This document shows, piece by piece, positions 55,017 to 60,215 of a DNA stretch of 60,215 bases (its first letter is position 1; each line of letters begins with the position of its first letter). Position numbers and translations under genes: made by a program. Source of the stretch: a virus (Duplodnaviria; Caudoviricetes); the IMG/VR virus record IMGVR_UViG_3300012893_000001, positions 1 through 60,215 of that record. One strand, given 5' to 3'. The notes under the pieces were generated by a model. The model saw nothing but the letters and a program-made list of their open reading frames with translations, made no database searches and was not told the DNA's origin.

Positions 55017-56035
55017 TGACACAACCATTTGTTGATACGGTAGACGGCTTCTTAACGGGCGTGGGTCGTTTCGTCAGCGGTGACGCTTACGCTAAACAGA
55101 CCACTAACCACAAAGGCGAGCCAGAGCCTGACGAGTCGAAACATAAATTCTTCATGGGTATTCTGTTCCAAAAGAATCAGGACGCCATCACTAAGTGGCC
55201 TGTCATCGGCGGCATGATCATGCAGGCTGCGGGCACACACCCACAAGCTGCAACATTCGCTGCGCAGAATTGGAACGGTTTCCACTTCAAATACGAAGAT
55301 GGCGACGACCCTAAGTTTGCCGACCGCCCGGATTTCAAAGGCTGCTGGTTCGTCAAGTTCTCCAATGGCTTTGCGCCGAAGTGCTTTGATGAAACGAATG
55401 CCGACGTGACCAACAACCCCGAAGTGATTTACAAAGGCTGCTATGTTCGTGTGCTGGCTAACGCCAAACAAAACAAAGCCACCGGCAATCAGGCGGGTAT
55501 TTTCCTCAACTTCTCTATGGTTCAGCGTTGCGGACATGGGCCGAAGATTGTGGGTGGCCCTGACTACAGTGCAATCTTACCGGGTCAGACGTTCGCACTG
55601 CCGCCGGGCGCGTCACAGATCCCTGTGGCACCTGCGGCAGCTCTGCCGGGCGGGTTACCTGCTGCCGGTGTTCCTGCTGCTACTGGTCTGCCGGGTGGAT
55701 TACCTGCGGGTGGATTACCAACTGGCCTCCCAGCGGCCACGTTGCCGGCAGGTGGCCTGCCTCCAGCTGCGGGCGTTCTGCCGGGCGGCGCACCGACGGC
55801 GCTGCCGGGGGCTGTCCCTGCGTTACCGGGGGCACCCACCGGTGCCGGAATACCTGCTCTACCGGGAGCTGTACCAGCGATCCCAACTGCGCCGCCAGCT
55901 CCGCCGACTCCTCAAAGTCGAATGGTGAATCCAGCGATGGACTACGCGGCGGCTATCGCGCAGGGCTGGACTGAGGAGCTGCTTATCGCTCACGGTCACA
56001 TGCACCCAGCCGGTGCTCATCCATACGCTCAGTAA
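55016..56035 (+). CDS. single-stranded DNA-binding protein (DUF2815-like) with long Pro/Gly/Ala tail
   Basis: DGD, IY.GCY.R, GI.LN...VQ..G.G; about 110-aa low-complexity linker and GWTEE.LI..G end. Confidence 0.75.
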   Translation: MTQPFVDTVDGFLTGVGRFVSGDAYAKQTTNHKGEPEPDESKHKFFMGILFQKNQDAITKWPVIGGMIMQAAGTHPQAATFAAQNWNGFHFKYEDGDDPKFADRPDFKGCWFVKFSNGFAPKCFDETNADVTNNPEVIYKGCYVRVLANAKQNKATGNQAGIFLNFSMVQRCGHGPKIVGGPDYSAILPGQTFALPPGASQIPVAPAAALPGGLPAAGVPAATGLPGGLPAGGLPTGLPAATLPAGGLPPAAGVLPGGAPTALPGAVPALPGAPTGAGIPALPGAVPAIPTAPPAPPTPQSRMVNPAMDYAAAIAQGWTEELLIAHGHMHPAGAHPYAQ

Positions 56036-56080
56036 TCAAATAACCGTGCCAAGGACGGCGCACTTTACCTAGAGGTAAAC

Positions 56081-56380
56081 ATGAAAGAGTCATTCTTAAA
56101 CTGTGAGGCTGCGGCGGAAGACATGGGTCGTGTACAGCGGATAGATTCGTCGTTGTTTGACGCCACAAAAGGCCTGTCCAACGCCGCAGACGACCTGACC
56201 GCTGAGATAGTTAAGCTGGTAGGGTATCCGCCGGAACCCCCGAAGTTACCAACAACCGGGTGCGCAACCGGTTCCGCACCTGCCGCCCCGTCACTGCTGG
56301 ACTCGTTAGAAAACCGGACGCGTAGCATCCGCGAAGTGGCTGACCGTCTGCGGACACTGGCCGCTCATATCCGTAGCTAA
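56081..56380 (+). CDS. hypothetical helical-hairpin protein
   Basis: AGAGGTAAAC RBS; helix-KL.GY-Pro linker-helix. Confidence 0.65.
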   Translation: MKESFLNCEAAAEDMGRVQRIDSSLFDATKGLSNAADDLTAEIVKLVGYPPEPPKLPTTGCATGSAPAAPSLLDSLENRTRSIREVADRLRTLAAHIRS

Positions 56381-56392
56381 GAGGTAAACATT

Positions 56393-56779
56393 ATGCGTAA
56401 TGAAGGTAAATGCTCAGGCTGTACCCCAAGTAGTACATTAGGTAGCGCAGACTCATCCGCATATATGAAAGTACGTGCGGAGATTCAGACATCTGATCCG
56501 GTACGTGGATATGCGGTTGACCACGCCGCTAAGTCTGACCGGTTCGACTCGGTGGACTACGCTCTTAAGGATGCTACCGATCGGCTTGCCCGCAACTACA
56601 CCCAGCTGGAAGAACTGGCGGGTAAACTTTTCGGATATACATATGCTGCGCCGCCTCCAGATGCCACGCCATGTAGCACCGTGCAGCCGTCAGTAGTCGA
56701 GCGTCTGAATAATTCGGTAGAAAGTTTGCAGCACGCTAACTACCGTCTGGAAGAACTGATCAGCGCATTCCAACAATAA
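56393..56779 (+). CDS. hypothetical helical-hairpin protein, likely paralogue of the previous gene
   Basis: Same AGAGGTAAAC RBS and R.DS..., KL.GY, Pro linker, S....L.N layout. Confidence 0.65.
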   Translation: MRNEGKCSGCTPSSTLGSADSSAYMKVRAEIQTSDPVRGYAVDHAAKSDRFDSVDYALKDATDRLARNYTQLEELAGKLFGYTYAAPPPDATPCSTVQPSVVERLNNSVESLQHANYRLEELISAFQQ

Positions 56780-56794
56780 GTAAGGACAGACCCT

Positions 56795-57439
56795 GTGAAA
56801 ATTTCATTCGTATCTGTTATCACCGCAGGGTCTGACCCTACCGCACCAATCGGCGCACTGACCTGTGTCATTGGCGGAAAGACTACCGGCTGGCTCACCA
56901 TGCAGCTGGACGAATTTAAAGAGGCCTGCGAGCCATACGCGGCCATTGCCCCACTCATGACTGAGGAGCGCGTCAGCTGCCTGAGTAAGAAGTGGGGACG
57001 CGAGACACTGGAAGACGCCATCAATGCACTGGCCGCGCTGCACAAAGCCGAAGGTGTTGACACGGTGCTTTGGGACGACGATGTGGTCAGCCGCATCAGC
57101 GCGTTTGCATTCCTCTGGTGCCAGACATCTGACCGCCCGGCGCTGCGTCGCTGTGAAGGCGAGAAGTTTGATTATCAGGCGTCATCCCTGCTGTCCCTGT
57201 CCGCACCTCACGCCCGGCTGAATGTGTTTGCCACGAAAGACCGTTGGGCTAAATGTCAGGGCGCACTCGCCGCCATCCAGTGTGTGATGGCCGGCACCCC
57301 TGCGCCGCAAATTGTTAACCCTATCCTACCGCCGCTACCAACAGCGCCGAAGCCTGAGCCAGTGACTCCGACCTATAACAACTCGTCACTCCCTCCGCTG
57401 CCGGGGCTTTCTAAACTCCCTAAATTACCGGGGCAATAA
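56795..57439 (+). CDS. hypothetical protein with Pro-rich tail
   Basis: GTG start after TAAGGA; coupled to the polymerase gene. Confidence 0.65.
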   Translation: MKISFVSVITAGSDPTAPIGALTCVIGGKTTGWLTMQLDEFKEACEPYAAIAPLMTEERVSCLSKKWGRETLEDAINALAALHKAEGVDTVLWDDDVVSRISAFAFLWCQTSDRPALRRCEGEKFDYQASSLLSLSAPHARLNVFATKDRWAKCQGALAAIQCVMAGTPAPQIVNPILPPLPTAPKPEPVTPTYNNSSLPPLPGLSKLPKLPGQ

Positions 57440-59598
57440 TGGCATACGTCACAACGACATTAATCGACGCCGACTTTGAAACCACGAGTAAGTGTGAGCT
57501 GCTGGACGTTGGCGCGCATCGGTACAGCCGCGACCCGTCCACGGTGTGCTATCAGGCGTGGTTCTCATTCGACGGCATAGAAGTGGAATGGCGGCTCGGC
57601 TGGCCGTTCCCTCCGCAGCTGCAAGACGCCCTGAATCGGGGCTATCAGATTGCTGCCCACAACCGGGAATTCGAAGCATGTATCTGGAACAACCTGATGC
57701 ACCCGGTGTACGGCTGGCCGAAGATCCCTATTGATGGCGGAATCTGTACCGCAGCCGTGGCCGCGACGAATGGCCTGCCGCGTTCTCTGGATGGCGTGGC
57801 GTTTGTGCGTGGATACCCGGTGCAGAAAGACAAGCTCGGCAACGCCAAGATGAAACTGATCATGAAGGGCTACCGCGAGCCACTGGCGACCAACGTCAAT
57901 CTGAAAGCCGAAAAGAAGAAAGAAGCGCCTGTCATGGCGTCGTATAAGAAAGGAACGATCCTGTGGGATGACCCGCAGTTTATGAATGACGTTTCCAGCT
58001 ATTGCCGTGATGACACCCGGGCGGAAAAGCACGTACTGACCGACCCGTGGATGTACCCTATGCGGCCAGAGGAATACCGCCTGTGGCAAAACGATTGCCG
58101 CATTAACTGGCGCGGCGCGTACATTGACATGCCGTCCCTGCAAGGCTGTATCGAAACCTACGAGCTGCTGAAAAAATACTACAATGACCAGCTGGTATAC
58201 CGGACACAGGGGCGTGTGCCTACCGCTGGCGCTGCGTCGTTTCTGGAAGAATCAAAACGGTATGGTGTATCCATGTCCGGGAACACGAAAGAGTCCCGTA
58301 AATTCCATCTGGAATCAGACAGTACCCCGCACGAATTTAAGCAACTGCTGCAACTGGTGAACAGCCTCAAGACTACCAGCTGCTCTAAGCTTTATGCCAT
58401 GCGTGATGCGGTGTGTGAAGACGGGCGCGTGCGTGGGCTGATGGTTTTCTGCGGCGCTGCGCGTACCGGGCGCTGGTCGTCTCGTCTCCTCCAGTTGCAG
58501 AACATGACAGGCAACGCAGACCTTAACGATGAAGTTTATGAAATAATTCTTTCATTCTGTCGCGCCCGCGATTATCTTGGGTTGATTAAGCTGTTCGGCT
58601 GGGACGCCATGAATGCCATCAGCTGGTGCCTGCGTCCGCTGATCTGCGCTGCGCCCGGCAAAGAGATTGTGGACGCAGACTTCTCCGCAATCGAAGCGCG
58701 TGTCATAGCGTGGCTGGCGGGGGAGCAGTGGCGGCTGGACTTCTTTAACTACACGCCGGAGACATGGCCGGAAGGTCAAGAGCTGTATCGCCAACAAGTT
58801 GCCGCCGGGCAGATAGCGCCGGGCACGTGGCCGATTAAAGACGGTAAGCGCTGGAAGCCTGATATCTACATCCAGTCATACAGCATGGCGTTTAAGATGG
58901 GCTATCAGCAAGTCACCAACAAGATGCGCAAGATAGGTAAGATTCAGGAATTGGCGCTCGGTTTTCAGGGCGGCAATGGCGCAATGAAAAACTTTGGTGC
59001 CGACAAGCTGGGGATGTCCGATGAGGAGATCTCCAGCACCGTGAAGGGGTGGCGAGAGGCCAATCCCAACATCAAAAAATTCTGGTTCAAGATGGAGAAG
59101 GCAGTCAAAGACGCCATCAAAAACCCGGGTGTTGAGTTCGATGTTAACGGCAAGATTCAGGCATTCACCGCAGGGCCATACCTGCACCTGCGTCTGCCGT
59201 CCGGGCGGCTCTTGCACTACTACAGCCCGTCAGTTCGCTGGGAGTACAACGAGAACTGGGGCGAGTATCAGGAACAGATTTTCTACTGGGGTCGCAAGTC
59301 AGATGAAGGCGGCAACGAAGAAGCTCGATGGACTGAGTTGAGCACGTACAGCGGGAAGCTGGCGGAGAACGTCACGCAAGCCGTTGCGCGTGATTTGATG
59401 GCGGGCGGTTTACTCCGGGCGGAAGATGCCGGGATGTCTACCATCTTCCATGTGCATGATGAAATGGTGAACGAGGAAGACGAGGGCAAGACTGACCTTA
59501 AGGCGTTCACCGATTTGATGAGTATCGTACCAGACTGGGCACGCGGGTTACCCATCGCCGCCGCAGGCTGGATAGGCAAACGCTTTAAGAAGGATTAA
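57439..59598 (+). CDS. DNA polymerase family A with 3'-5' exonuclease domain
   Basis: DFET and AHN..FE exonuclease motifs; TGRWS...QLQN; motif A DFSAIEAR; motif B RKIGK..ELALGF; motif C HVHDE. Confidence 0.92.
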   Translation: MAYVTTTLIDADFETTSKCELLDVGAHRYSRDPSTVCYQAWFSFDGIEVEWRLGWPFPPQLQDALNRGYQIAAHNREFEACIWNNLMHPVYGWPKIPIDGGICTAAVAATNGLPRSLDGVAFVRGYPVQKDKLGNAKMKLIMKGYREPLATNVNLKAEKKKEAPVMASYKKGTILWDDPQFMNDVSSYCRDDTRAEKHVLTDPWMYPMRPEEYRLWQNDCRINWRGAYIDMPSLQGCIETYELLKKYYNDQLVYRTQGRVPTAGAASFLEESKRYGVSMSGNTKESRKFHLESDSTPHEFKQLLQLVNSLKTTSCSKLYAMRDAVCEDGRVRGLMVFCGAARTGRWSSRLLQLQNMTGNADLNDEVYEIILSFCRARDYLGLIKLFGWDAMNAISWCLRPLICAAPGKEIVDADFSAIEARVIAWLAGEQWRLDFFNYTPETWPEGQELYRQQVAAGQIAPGTWPIKDGKRWKPDIYIQSYSMAFKMGYQQVTNKMRKIGKIQELALGFQGGNGAMKNFGADKLGMSDEEISSTVKGWREANPNIKKFWFKMEKAVKDAIKNPGVEFDVNGKIQAFTAGPYLHLRLPSGRLLHYYSPSVRWEYNENWGEYQEQIFYWGRKSDEGGNEEARWTELSTYSGKLAENVTQAVARDLMAGGLLRAEDAGMSTIFHVHDEMVNEEDEGKTDLKAFTDLMSIVPDWARGLPIAAAGWIGKRFKKD

Positions 59599-59602
59599 CG
59601 AG

Positions 59603-59899
59603 ATGCAGAAATTTGCGAGAGTGGTTGAACATAACGATGTGCAAATCCTGATCACCGCCGAGTGGGACGATGACGCGGTGCCCCTAATTAAGCTTACGTG
59701 GGTTACGACAGACAAGGTTGAGCTGGATTTATGCCTGCGTCAGGTCGATGAAAGTCTGACCGACGAGGCTAAGGATAAATGGCTCGCTGAGACACTGGCC
59801 TCGGACGGAGTGGTGCAGGTGGCGCACGGTGTCGCGGATAAAGTTACCGGACTGGATATGGCGGCCTGCGCTGCGGCACTGACTCAGGGGGACGAGTAA
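59603..59899 (+). CDS. hypothetical protein
   Basis: AAGGA RBS; 98 aa. Confidence 0.6.
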   Translation: MQKFARVVEHNDVQILITAEWDDDAVPLIKLTWVTTDKVELDLCLRQVDESLTDEAKDKWLAETLASDGVVQVAHGVADKVTGLDMAACAAALTQGDE

Positions 59900-60215
59900 T
59901 GTGCAAACACACGGGGATACTTGGCGCGCCATGCCAGCCGTGCGCTCTGGCGGATAAAGAGGCCCATGAGAAAACAGCGTACTGCCCGCGCCACCCTGAC
60001 GTGCTGAAAGCCAAATACCACAACGAATGCGCGGCGTGCGTTAAGTCCCGTGCGAAAGGCGAGGGTATGCCGGGGCTTGCGTGCCTCGACATGGACGCCA
60101 TCCACGCGAATGCCTACCGCGCTGGGCGGTTAATCATGAATTCCACCCCGGAAGATCGGGAAGCGGCCAAGCTCTTGGCTATGTCGCTGGTAGACCCGGA
60201 TGGCACGGCTTTCGG
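59899..60215 (+). CDS. Cys-rich protein, 3' truncated (possibly the N-terminus of the DUF3310 gene at position 1)
   Basis: TAATG coupling; MCKH...C..C...C..H...C..C; open to the window end. Confidence 0.55.
   Translation, partial: MCKHTGILGAPCQPCALADKEAHEKTAYCPRHPDVLKAKYHNECAACVKSRAKGEGMPGLACLDMDAIHANAYRAGRLIMNSTPEDREAAKLLAMSLVDPDGTAF

Noticed and set aside
1-60215. Integrase, lysogeny module, tRNA or rRNA genes, introns or inteins
   Set aside because: None recognisable by eye; polymerase, terminase and helicase are of ordinary length. A tRNAscan and Infernal run would be needed to exclude RNA genes fully

Overview
A near-complete ~60 kb genome of a tailed dsDNA phage, probably a podovirus of an enterobacterial/gammaproteobacterial host. 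No integrase, tape-measure protein or phage RNA polymerase was recognisable. There are four transcription blocks. (1) + strand, 53.2 kb to the window end and continuing from 1 to 3.07 kb: Cas4-like exonuclease, SSB, family A DNA polymerase, DUF3310-like protein, RdgC, a GH108 lysis cassette and a phage CsrA. (2) - strand, 31.4 to 3.06 kb: morphogenesis (terminases, fibre with S74 chaperone, portal, scaffold, capsid, tail tube proteins, a run of low-complexity ejection proteins and a 2263-aa polyvalent protein). (3) + strand, 32.0 to 46.75 kb: early accessory genes behind repeated AAATAA-N3-TTGCAGGG sigma70-type promoters. (4) - strand, 53.04 to 46.75 kb: SLOG protein, helicase, nuclease, primase-helicase and Dam-type methylase. 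The most notable signals are a candidate carbon-status control layer (a CRP-like box at class I spacing on the first early promoter, a phage CsrA ending a lysis cassette that follows the replication genes, and a structured GGA-rich ~200-nt RNA), a long inverted repeat in the non-coding region before terS, a palindromic operator that doubles as a shared -35, an early-type promoter in front of the giant ejected protein, and an LPxLP motif recurring across replication and virion proteins. All family assignments come from motif recognition by eye; no searches were run.
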